A stretch of DNA of 64,000 nucleotides, from contig CAWHAE010000015.1 in assembly GCA_963827235.1 (NCBI GenBank), forward strand, positions 64,001-128,000. The letters are read 5' to 3'. Made by a program: the position numbers and the translations under genes. The DNA is from an uncultured bacterium (GTDB taxonomy: Bacteria; Chloroflexota; UBA5177; JANWHV01). Positions within the stretch are counted from its first letter, which is position 1, and each line of letters begins with the position of its first letter. Positions 39,223 to 49,090 of this stretch are shown piece by piece. The notes beneath the pieces were generated by a model that had not been told where the DNA came from, made no database searches, and was given only the letters and a program-made list of their open reading frames with translations.

Positions 39223-41580
39223 GGCAGCACCAAGAGGCTCTCGGGTGATTCGGGCGGCGGTGGTATCGGTATGAGCTTCCCAGTTTGCGGGTCCCGAACA
39301 TATACGTCGCCTGCATTGCGTATGCGAATTGTTCTTGTAAGCTGAGGATTCTTGTTGGCTGCCTGACCTGGCGTTGTAACCTCTCGGATCGCAATCACTT
39401 GTTTATCCTGTACGACCACGATGTCCAGACGTCTGCCCTGCTCGTCCGCTGCATCGATGATCTTCTTCCCTTTTGAATTCAGAATGTATCGCTCCGTGAG
39501 TATCTTTGCACCGGGGAAATCTTGTTTCACGATTTGCACGGCCCGAGCTTCCCTGGTCATACTAGTCGCCTTGAGTCTCGCTCCCTTGGACAGCGAGGAT
39601 TTCAGCTCATCGCGCTCCGCCTGACCGAGGAGTTCGCTTCTGTCGTTGCTCGTGACAATTACGTTGGTCTCAGCTCGCAGGTCCGCTACCACGCCGTCAG
39701 CGGTATCCGAGTCAAGCAGCGCACTGTCCGCGAAGAGGCTTACCTTGCCGGTCGCGGACAACGCGGAAATCACCTTGATCGGTAACGCATTTATGAGCGT
39801 GCCGAGCAATGCGCGGCCCTGACACCAGTGGTCACTACTTGGGCACTCTGACACGCCACCGAACGCCACCATGTCTATGGCGCAGGCGAGCACGGAGACG
39901 CCCAGTGGGCAGGCGCTTACGGGAGCCACGTTGCCCGGCGTGGGGACTGCGCACGCATTCCCGGCGCCTGGCACCAGCTTGCACACCCGGTAGCCGATGA
40001 TACCAGGGAGTTGTTGAGAAGCGAGAACCAGGTATACATCGGACGCCGTGGACACAAGCAACTGCGAAAATGCGCTGAACACAAAGCGCCTGCCGCTGAG
40101 TTCATCGCCGGTTGACAGGGGGTAGCTCTTGCCTCGCTGCAGGCTGACATGCGGTGTTGCCACGCACTCGGTGCCCCGATGCCAGGACAGTCCACGCTGC
40201 GCGGCACTGAGACCAAGGAGGTTCATGTCCAGGCGCGAACCGATGTCGTAGTCGATGTTGACGATGTCGTACATCTCGCCGTAAACGCTGCCTTGATAGG
40301 GCATCGGGTCCATGCTCACTAAATCAGCGTGAGCAGGCCCCACCAGGTGACCTGCGTTGTCCGGCATGGGGAGCGTCACGTCCGCCATGCTGCTGTGGGT
40401 CGTGTCATGAGAGAGGAAGTCGGTCTCGATACGTTCCTTGATGAGATCCTCGTCCTGCGTGGTAGCACCGCTGTACACGGCCCATCCCTGCCCGCTCGCG
40501 TCCGTCACGTCCGTGGGCACGTTCCCCGCGTACTGGTAGGGGTCGACGGTCACCGGCACCTGCGGGTTGTAGGACTGTGGATCCTCGCTCTCGAACTGCC
40601 CCTGCTGCGGGCTGTACTCCCGGGCCCGCATGTCATACGTGCCTGCCGCCGCGTCGTAGTACTGGCCGGCGAACCCGAAGGGCTGGCTGCCCTGCAGGCC
40701 GGCGAGGAGCGTGGCGCCGCTGCCGGCGGACGTGTCCGGGTTGGGCCGCGCGTTGCCCCAGGCGTCGTAGGCGCCGGCACCGATCAGCGCGCCGCTGGGG
40801 TCGGTGGCGAGGCGGACGCTGCCCAGGAGGTCGGTGCCCAGGGTGGTGCTGCGCTGGGTGCTCAGGGTGTAGCCTGCCAGCGGCGCCTGGCCGCTGCCCG
40901 GATTCAGGTAGGCGTAGTCTGCACTGCCGTCGGAGACCAGGTCGGACATGCCGGCCGCCAGGTCCTGCGCATAGTTGGTGAGCACCGGCGTGCCGCTTGA
41001 CGCGTCGTAGGCGCGCAGGCGGTCGCCCTGCCCGTCGTAGACGAAGGCGAGGTTGGTGGTCGGGCCGATGATGGCCACCAGCTCGTTCCGCAGGTCGTAG
41101 GTGTTGGTGATCGTGCCGGTCTGTCCGGTGCTCCCCACCTGGTTGCCCGCGACATCATACGTATAGGTGGTAGGTTCGCCCGGGCCGACGTCCGAGGCCG
41201 TCGAGGCGCTGGTCAGCTAGTCCGCCGCGTCGTAGCCGAAGCTGGAGGTGCCCCAGCTATCGTCGATGGCCGTGCGCTCGCCCGCCGCGTCCAGCGTGTC
41301 CGTCTGGCTGAAGAGCACGGTGCCCGAGATGCTCACCGTGGTGTCGATGGTCCGGCCGGCGCTGTCGTAGCCCCACACCTGGCTGGTGCCGTTGGCTGCC
41401 TGCAGCCGCGTCAGGTTGCCTGCCTTGTCGTAGCCGGCGTGACTGGTGTTGGGCGCCGCCCCCGGCTGGGTCAGCGTGCTCACCTGACCCGCGGCGTCGT
41501 AGCTCCACGTCGCCGTGTGCCCGTCCGGGTAGGTCAGCGTGGTGCGCCGGCCCGCCGCGTCATACGTCTCGTGCAGGTGC
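39219..41580 (-). pseudogene. Orphan Rhs cassette D with a putative PD-(D/E)xK-like nuclease tip
   Basis: Rhs core and DASG at 40491-40502. Tip has TERYI...GRRLDIVVV...REVT...K..Q. The 5' part has a 153-bp deletion and a TAG at 41217-41219. The C-terminal ORF 39219-41138 is intact. Confidence 0.85.
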
Positions 41581-41643
41581 AGTGGAGATTGAGCCCGAAC
41601 GTCGGGTTCCCTTCAGTGGCTGGCTCGGAGCCCGATCCGTTTT
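41581..41643. repeat. 63-bp non-coding cassette-head sequence, copy 1
   Basis: 62/63 identical to 45197-45259 and abuts the Rhs homology start. Confidence 0.9.
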
Positions 41644-41744
41644 GGTGCTACTGGCTATCTTTTCACGCTTGTCGGCAGCACTCGGCAACCACGAGAGCGC
41701 GGGCTAGCGCGAGAGCGGCAAGACGCGCGAACGGTCGCGGTGAT

Positions 41745-41893
41745 CGCGAGCCAGCTTGGTGGTAGCTGCATGACCTTGGCTTTGAGGTGGTCATCACACC
41801 CAGAGCTCCGGCGGCCTGATCGCACCCGAAGGCGACCATGCCGTCGGAAGAGATTGCCTGCTGAGCCGGTTTCATGTGACATTTTCGGGCGAG
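41745..41893 (+). mobile_element. Possible IS110-family transposase C-terminal remnant
   Basis: 41766-41819 reads LHDLGFEVVITPRAPAA-stop, resembling IS110 transposase C-termini. No catalytic motifs remain. Confidence 0.25.
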
Positions 41894-42016
41894 CGATCTG
41901 ACGGCTGCCTTCACCGTCGCCAACACTGGAGTTCCTATCAACGCCGGACAACTCAGTAGTTGCGGCCAACTACCCCGAGCGCGACAGCGGACGCCTGCAC
42001 TGCGCACCCGGACGTG

Positions 42017-42517
42017 CTATGTCAGGGCCTGCGCAGATATCGACACCACAAAAGGGTCCGTTGGACTCGGTTGGTCGTACTCCACCTGCACCCTTGCGTG
42101 CTCCACATGCCAACAGGTGAGCATGCCTGCAATCTCGCCTTCGGGATAGCCATCGGATCCGTACTTACCGGCGAAGATCGGACTCCCGAGCTGTTCTATG
42201 ACAGTGGCTACCACGCTGTCATAGAACTGAGACAGCTCACGGGCAAAGGTGGTGACATCCTCCTCCAGCTTGTCGCCTGGGTAGTCATAAGGGAATGAAA
42301 CGCTCTGCTTCAACCTTGCCTGAATCCGATCAAGTTTCCCTTCCATGTCGAACATAATCTCGATGTCGTATGGGCGTTCACGATCCGCGAATACTAGGCA
42401 AAGGTCGGACGGGCCTTCGCTAGATAACCGAACGTTTGCAGGTAGGATGCACTTAGACCGTGGCATGTGCCAACTCATGCCGAATGTAGTTGGGTTCACG
42501 AGATCGACAGGCGACAC
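42017..42517 (-). CDS. Putative immunity protein of orphan cassette C
   Basis: GGAGG and GTG 42517 lie just after the toxin stop at 42544. Acidic 166-aa ORF. Confidence 0.7.
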   Translation of the reverse strand: MSPVDLVNPTTFGMSWHMPRSKCILPANVRLSSEGPSDLCLVFADRERPYDIEIMFDMEGKLDRIQARLKQSVSFPYDYPGDKLEEDVTTFARELSQFYDSVVATVIEQLGSPIFAGKYGSDGYPEGEIAGMLTCWHVEHARVQVEYDQPSPTDPFVVSISAQALT

Positions 42518-42543
42518 AGCACCTCCAACGTTGTGAACGATTG

Positions 42544-45196
42544 CTAGTCCGACATTCCTGCACCCGAGCGATAGAGGACTTCGATCTGACCCGAAGACCA
42601 CTCGCTTGGGAAGGACGACTGGAGCCAACGCGTGTAGTCCTGTACCGCTGCCGGAGCACTGACGTACCACCTCACCCCCTTGAGCCCGTTCTCTTGCACA
42701 AACTCAAGCTGCCTCCTCATCTGGTCAGTCAATTCCGCCGTCTTGGTATCGGACGAGGACTTCACTGGATCAAACCATGATCTATGGTACTCTAGGTCAT
42801 TCTTACCGACCCACTTTGGATCTTCCACCCAACCGTCTTGTAGCGCGTCAATGCGGACATGTTGTCCTGCATCTGGACCGGTGGCTAGTTCCCATTCGGT
42901 CTCAAACTCGGTCCCAGTTATGGAGTATTGGTACTTTGGCCAGGCAGCATTTATCGCTCTGCTATACCACCTTATGCCGATAAACGGAGAGACCTGGGCA
43001 GCCTGCCCTTCCTGCGGAACGATATTCCTGGCCAGAGTTGTGGCCTGCTGCGCGCTAATCTGTACCTGGCTACCATTGTCTGCCGCTACTTGTATCTTCC
43101 CAGGCGCAGCCTCCTCCGACTCAACAACGTTGACAGCATCTGCGCCGGACTCGAGAGCAGTGTCAGCCGCCTCAGCTGCGCCGATATCGTCTGGGAGCAG
43201 ATCTTGCTGAAGGATCGCACGTTCCTTGTTACTCACTGCCCCGAGAGCATAGAGCGCGGGAAGACAGACGGCAGATGACGATGCTCCCGACGAGCAGTTC
43301 TCAAACGCAGCGCTGTAGTCGGGAGGCACCCAGCATCCCACGCCTCGTCCGCGCAGGTATGATCCGGCGTGTTGGCCCTTGGTGCACGCCAGATAGCCGA
43401 CCAGTCCCGGCGCAACTAGGCGTGCAAATATGCGCACCTGCACGCCACCGATCGTGGTGTCGATATGATGTGTGGTGCCGGACGAGCGGGCCGCCCGTTC
43501 TGGTCGCAAGAACCTGTCGATGGCCGCTCCTACGCTATAGGGGTACTCCAGCCCGCGGTATATAGTCAGACCGCCGCGCGGGTAGCATCGCCCCATCCTT
43601 TGGCTGCGCATTGTCGAGAATTCAAGGAGGTCTGCATGGTCTTGCAATGTGCCCAGTCCAGCAAGCTGCTTTTCGTATATGTCGACTAGGCTGGTTGTGT
43701 AAAGGCCGTTATGGAACATTAGGTACGCTGGATCCGTGGGCCACGCTACAACGTCGTAGATCTCGGCGAACGCCTGGCGGTGGAGGTTGGCAAACGGGCT
43801 GAAGCTGATTATGTCCGCAGAACCGGACCCGCCCTCGCCGGTGACGTTTGAGAAGGTGTTCTGCGTCGGGTCCGAAGCCAGGAAATCGTTCACGATCGCG
43901 TTCTTGATGAGCGTATCGTCGCCGTTTGGCCACGCCGCAAAGTAGCCCGCGACCGGGCTGGCCGCCTGTCCACTCGGATCCGCGTCCTCATTGGGCCTGT
44001 CGTTGGCATACTCGTAGGACTCACCCGTCTGGTCCAGCAGCGGATCGACGCTCTCGAACTGCCCCTCACTGGGGCTGTACTCCCGGGCCCGCATGTCATA
44101 CGTGCCTGCCGCCGCGTCGTAGTACTGGCCGGCGAACCCGAAGGGCTGGCTGCCCTGCAGGCCGGCGAGGAGCGTGGCACCGCTGCCGGTGGACGTGTCC
44201 GGGTTGGGCCGCGCGTTGCCCCAGGCGTCGTAGGCGCCGGCCCCGATGGTGGCACCCGTCGGGTCGGTGACCACCCGCACGCTGCCCAGCAGGTCGGTGC
44301 CCAGCGTGGCGCTGTGACTGGTGCTCAGGGCGTAGCCGGCCAGCGGTGCCTGGCCGCTGCCCGGATTGAGGTAGGCGTAGTCTGCACTGCCGTCGGAGGC
44401 GAGGTCGGACATGCCGGCCTCCAGGTCCTGCGCGTAGTTGGTGAGAGTTGGCGTGCCGCTTGACGCGTCGTCGGCTGCGCAGGCTGTCGCCCTGGCCGTC
44501 GTAGACGAAGGTCAGATTGGTACTGGGGCTGATCACCTGGATGAGCTGGTTATGCAGGTCGTAGGTATTGGTGATCGTGCCGGTCGGTCCCACGCTGCCC
44601 GTCTGGTTGCCCGCGGTATCGTAGCTATAGGTGGTGGGCTCGCCCGGGCCGACGTCCGAGGCCGTGGAGGCGCTGGTCAACTCGTCCGCCGCGTCGTAGG
44701 TGTTGGCGGTCACCGTGGTGGAGAGGGCTCGGTGGTGGTCAGCGTGACGGTGCTGGTGATCACGGTGCGGTTGCCGGCCGCGTCGTACTGGTCGGCTTCG
44801 GTGCTGCCGTCCGGGTAGCTAGCGTTCGCCAGCTCGCCTGCCCGGTTGTAGCCGAAGCTGGAGGTGCCCCAGCTGTCCTGGATGCCCGTGCGCTCCCCTG
44901 CCGCGTCCAGGGTGTCCGTCTGGCTGAAGAGCACGGTGCCCGAGATGCTCACCGTGGTGTCGAAGGTCCGGCCGGCGCTGTCGTAGCCCCACACCTGGCT
45001 GGTGCCGTTGGCCGCCTGCAGCCGCGTCAGGTTGCCTGCCTTGTCGTAGCCGGCGTGACTGGTGTTGGGCGCCGCCCCCGGCTGGGTCAGCGTGCTCACC
45101 CGACCCGCGGCGTCGTAGCTCCACGTCGCCGTGTGCCCGTCCGGGTAGGTCAGCGTGGTGCGCCGGCCCGCCGCGTCATACGTCTCGTGCAGGTGC
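42544..45196 (-). pseudogene. Orphan Rhs cassette C with a Tox-REase-5-like nuclease tip
   Basis: Frameshifts near 44730 and 44470. DPSG at 43969-43980. Tip has YQYSITG...EW...VRIDAL...DPK...DQMRRQ...VRWYVS. Confidence 0.85.
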
Positions 45197-45259
45197 AGTG
45201 GAGATTGAGCCCGAACGTCGGGTACCCTTCAGTGGCTGGCTCGGAGCCCGATCCGTTTT
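45197..45259. repeat. 63-bp non-coding cassette-head sequence, copy 2
   Basis: 62/63 identical to 41581-41643. Confidence 0.9.
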
Positions 45260-45579
45260 AGCGCTTTCCAACGGCTTTCATTTCGCGCTTGCCGAGGCCA
45301 CGCTTGGCCTGCATAACTGCACGAGTTCGATGCCTGGCGCGAGCTTCAGCCCCATTCCGCCAGGCCCCGCAGGCCGGCACAGCGGGAGCGCCATGAGAGG
45401 CTGGGGAAGGTTGCTGGGTTGAGGCTCGTGCTCCCCGCTGCCGGATCTAGTCGTGTGCAAAGCCGCGAGCGACGCAACAAACACCAGCACTGCGTAGCAC
45501 AACCGTTTCCGATCCGAAGGTGTCGGATTCCGTCGTTCTCCACCTTCCAGCCCGATGCTCCCGCCGTGCTCCCCGGCCG

Positions 45580-46407
45580 TCACTGCTCAGCGCCGCTGCT
45601 GGGAAGTCTGAGAGGAAGAATCCGCTTCATCACGACCTGCGGAGCTTCCTCGGCCCGGACGGCAGCCTGGGATTCCGGCGCGGGAGCGGCAAACTGAACA
45701 AGCGCATGCCTGGCGAAGTTCCGAACTGAAGGGTCGGCGTCCTGCGCCGCCCTTTGCAGCGCGGCAATGACACCGTCCGACGCAACTCCGGCGTTGCCAA
45801 GGGCACCTGCGGCATTTGCACGCACGTCGCAGAACGGATGGGACAGGGACGCAAGGAGCGCTCCGATCACGCCTGCATCTCGGAACTGCAGCGCGCCGAG
45901 CGCCCAGGCGGCTGTCGCCTGTACGTTGGCGTCCCTATCGGCGAGAGCGGCGAGCAGGGCGTCGCGTGCCTCGCCTGTGCTAAGGCCGAGCCTAGCGATG
46001 CTATCCACGACCCAGCCCCGGATGGAAGGCGACTCGTCGGCAAGCTGCGCGGTCAGGCGATGCAGCACGACTGGATCTCCCTTTCCGATGTCACCAAGCG
46101 CTGCAACCGCCGCTTCCCGCACCTCAGGTTCAGTATCCTCCAGGGCGCCCAGCAATCCTTTGACCGCGCCGGAATCGTGCGATGCCCAAGTGGGCATAGT
46201 CAGAGCAGCCAATTCCCGTACGGACGCGTCGGCGTCGGACAGAGCGTCGAGGTAGGCTGCTGTAGCACGAGTTCTCAGCTGCCCAAGATCGTCTTCCTCA
46301 CCGTCCGCTAAAGAGCGCAGGCTTGCAAGCCCCTGGCGTCGTGTGACAGCATCCTCGGCGGCAAGCGCCAGTAATGAGTCGGCGAAACTCAAGATCTGGT
46401 CGTCCAT
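45580..46407 (-). CDS. HEAT/PBS-lyase repeat protein, candidate immunity protein of cassette B
   Basis: Repeated L.D....VR.AA..ALG units. GGAGG RBS. Lies 160 nt downstream of the toxin. Confidence 0.8.
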   Translation of the reverse strand: MDDQILSFADSLLALAAEDAVTRRQGLASLRSLADGEEDDLGQLRTRATAAYLDALSDADASVRELAALTMPTWASHDSGAVKGLLGALEDTEPEVREAAVAALGDIGKGDPVVLHRLTAQLADESPSIRGWVVDSIARLGLSTGEARDALLAALADRDANVQATAAWALGALQFRDAGVIGALLASLSHPFCDVRANAAGALGNAGVASDGVIAALQRAAQDADPSVRNFARHALVQFAAPAPESQAAVRAEEAPQVVMKRILPLRLPSSGAEQ

Positions 46408-46566
46408 GGGTGTATTGAACCTCCGCTTGGCCCAACTATCAGGTTCTCAGTGCAATGCGAGAGCCACGCTTCACATGCCGCCATACCTGCCGCGTTTCTC
46501 GCCAGCGCCTAGCGAGTTGCGCCTTCCTGGAGAAACGGGTGCCGCAGTCGTGGCATCCACAGTGCT

Positions 46567-48741
46567 TCAATTCGGCATCGGGAGATTGTATGCGATCGTG
46601 GTGTACCCACGGCCCGAAGTATCGGTGTTGACTCCGTCCACGTTGAAGTTGTGGAGGTGGAACCGGACAATCAGCACCGGCTTCCCATTGAGGAAGTGAG
46701 TGTGCCGCGCGTCGGGCCTTGGGAAGCTCTCGTCATGTATGTCCGCGACGATGAGGAAGCCGCTAGCAGCGTATGTCTTCGTGGCCCATGAACTGAAATG
46801 CTGCTGCCCGCCGCTCCGGGAATCGTCATACTGGTTGTCGATCTCGACTGAGACCTCTTCGGGTGAATCCGGAAGCCCGATGTAGGCGATACCGAACAGT
46901 GCTGACAGGTAGGCACCGGACCAACAGTGACTGAACAGGCACCAGGCGCCTCCATGCAGGGCAGGCCAACCCGGGGCGCCTGGGCGGGCAGCAGAGATAA
47001 TGATGGTGCCCAATTCCACCTGGTTCTGCCGGCAATTGCAATTAGTCGCGATTGGGTTCTTGCTTAGCGTCGCTGATACGTTATCGTCGGTGAAGATAGT
47101 CACGTGCCTGAATATGCCATAAACATCCGAGTTAACTGAGAATGGCCCTGACCCGGAGGCGTTCGGTCGCGGCTGTGTCAACACGCCTACCAGGTCGGTT
47201 CGGCGCGTGACATGCCCCTCAATTTCACTATCGGTCATGTAGAAGTTGTTGCCCAGGATACTCTGATCGGCGGCACTGGCCGGCTGGCCACAGACAGCCC
47301 TGAAGTAGCCGTAGGGCCTCTGCCAGAAGCAGCCCTCCCACTTCGCGAACGGGTTGGTCGACGAGGCGCAATTCGCCCTCGTACTGGCATTGACCCACGC
47401 CATGGACCCTTGTACCAAGTTGCCGTAGGCACGCGGGAAGTCGCTCTGCGAAAGGCTCCCATCTGATCGGTACTTCACCTCGACGGCGACGAGATCCATA
47501 TGCCCCGGCAGACTCCCTCTGTAGGCGATGAAGTCGGGACCGCGGGCGCTGTCGCCCTTCGCCAACAACCAGCCCATGCCGACCTGAGGATCGATCGTCC
47601 TGTCCCACTGATCAATTCGCCCGGGCTGCGCCGCACCAAAGTTGGGTCCGGAAGCGATCGAGTATCCGGCCTGCCGGTAAAGCTCTACAGCGCACAGCAG
47701 TGCGTCTTGCGATCGAGTAAGGTTGTTGTCCTCGACCTCTGAGTCGCCTTCAGGCGTGGAAGCCAACCCCGCCGCTGGCATAGATGAGGCAACGATCGAC
47801 AGGCCGCTTTCGGCAAGCATGTCGCGCTGCACGATCTTCCCACTCGGATCCGTCGCATCGGTCGGCCTGTCCCCCGCATACCGGTATGGCTCGTTCGTCT
47901 GGTCGAGCAGCGGGTCCTCGCTCTCGAACTGCCCCTCGCTGGGGCTGTACTCCCGTGCCCGCATGTCGTAGGTGCCGGCCGCCGCGTCGTAGTACTGCCC
48001 GGCGAAGCCGAAGGGCTGGCTGCCCTGCATGCCGGCGAGCAGCGTGACGCCGCTGCCGGTGGACGTGTCCGGGTTGGCTCGCGCGTTGCCCCAGGCGTCG
48101 TAGGCGCCGGCGCCGATGGTAGCGCCGGTGGGGTCGGTGACCAGGCGCACGCTGCCCAGCAGGTCGGTGCCCAGGGTAGTGCTGCGCTGGGTGCTCAGCG
48201 TGTAGCCCGCTAGCGGTGCCTGGCCGCTGCCCGGGTCGAGGTAGGCGTAGTCGGCGTTGCCGTCCGAGACCAGGTCGGACATGCCGGCCTCCAGGTCCTG
48301 CGCGTAGTTGGAGAGAGTTGGCGTGCCGCTTGACGCGTCGTAGCTGCGCAGGCGGTCGCCCTGGCCGTCGTAGACGAAGGTGAGGTTGGTGGTCGGGCCG
48401 ATGATGGCCACCAGCTCGTTCCGCAGGTCGTAGGTATTGGTGATCGTGCCGGTGGGTCCCACGCTGCCCGTCTGGTTGCCCGCGGTATCGTAGCTATAGG
48501 TGGTGGGCTCGCCCGGGCCGGCGTCCGAGGCTGTCGAGGCGCTGGTCAACTCGTCGGCGGCGTCGTAGCTGTTGCTGGTCACCGTGGTGGAGAGGGCATC
48601 GGTGGTGGTGAGCGTGACCGTGCTGGTGATCACGGTGCGGTTGCCGGCGTCGTCATACTGGTCGACTTCGCTGCTGCCGTCCGGGTAGCCGGCGCTGGTC
48701 AGCCCGCCTGCCGGGTCGTAGCTGAATCCAGACTCTACCAC
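46567..48741 (-). CDS. Orphan Rhs cassette B (uninterrupted frame): distal YD, core and a C-terminus with a PD-(D/E)xK motif
   Basis: Homology starts at about 48722. PTDATDPSG ends at 47839-47850. RGPDFIAY...VAVEVKYR, followed by a Cys/His-containing tail. Confidence 0.88.
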   Translation of the reverse strand: MVESGFSYDPAGGLTSAGYPDGSSEVDQYDDAGNRTVITSTVTLTTTDALSTTVTSNSYDAADELTSASTASDAGPGEPTTYSYDTAGNQTGSVGPTGTITNTYDLRNELVAIIGPTTNLTFVYDGQGDRLRSYDASSGTPTLSNYAQDLEAGMSDLVSDGNADYAYLDPGSGQAPLAGYTLSTQRSTTLGTDLLGSVRLVTDPTGATIGAGAYDAWGNARANPDTSTGSGVTLLAGMQGSQPFGFAGQYYDAAAGTYDMRAREYSPSEGQFESEDPLLDQTNEPYRYAGDRPTDATDPSGKIVQRDMLAESGLSIVASSMPAAGLASTPEGDSEVEDNNLTRSQDALLCAVELYRQAGYSIASGPNFGAAQPGRIDQWDRTIDPQVGMGWLLAKGDSARGPDFIAYRGSLPGHMDLVAVEVKYRSDGSLSQSDFPRAYGNLVQGSMAWVNASTRANCASSTNPFAKWEGCFWQRPYGYFRAVCGQPASAADQSILGNNFYMTDSEIEGHVTRRTDLVGVLTQPRPNASGSGPFSVNSDVYGIFRHVTIFTDDNVSATLSKNPIATNCNCRQNQVELGTIIISAARPGAPGWPALHGGAWCLFSHCWSGAYLSALFGIAYIGLPDSPEEVSVEIDNQYDDSRSGGQQHFSSWATKTYAASGFLIVADIHDESFPRPDARHTHFLNGKPVLIVRFHLHNFNVDGVNTDTSGRGYTTIAYNLPMPN

Positions 48742-48961
48742 GTTATGCTGGCTCAGAGGTAGAACACTACCCGAGCACGCACGCGGACTTCGCCATCAGT
48801 ATCAACAGTGCCGGAGACCCCTGTTTTCGCGCTTCTTGGCACCCGCAACGCCCGCGCCACACGCTCGCATCACAAACGTCGCTTGCGCAGGCAGCGTGAT
48901 CGGAGGACCCACGAAGCCGCCGTATGACCCGCCTTTGCAGTACCAGTGTCCACTACGCGCC

Positions 48962-49089
48962 TAATACTACAGCGACAGTCTGCAAAATCGGCACAAGATA
49001 CGGGATTTTCGAACGGGGTGAACCACAACATATGGCATTTGCAGACGCCCTACAACCTCACAAATCGGTCATGTGTCGCTGTAGTATTA
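48962..49089. mobile_element. 128-bp MITE-like element
   Basis: Perfect 16-bp terminal inverted repeats taatactacagcgaca / tgtcgctgtagtatta, with an AT-rich interior and no plausible gene. Confidence 0.7.
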
Positions 49090-49090
49090 A

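Noticed and set aside
49021-49036. NrdR-box-like sequence aaccacaacatatggc
   Set aside because: It is a single imperfect copy inside a MITE with no nrd gene nearby.
48965-49086. TACTAC/GTAGTA arms as a third BlaI operator
   Set aside because: The arms are about 110 bp apart and belong to the MITE terminal repeats.
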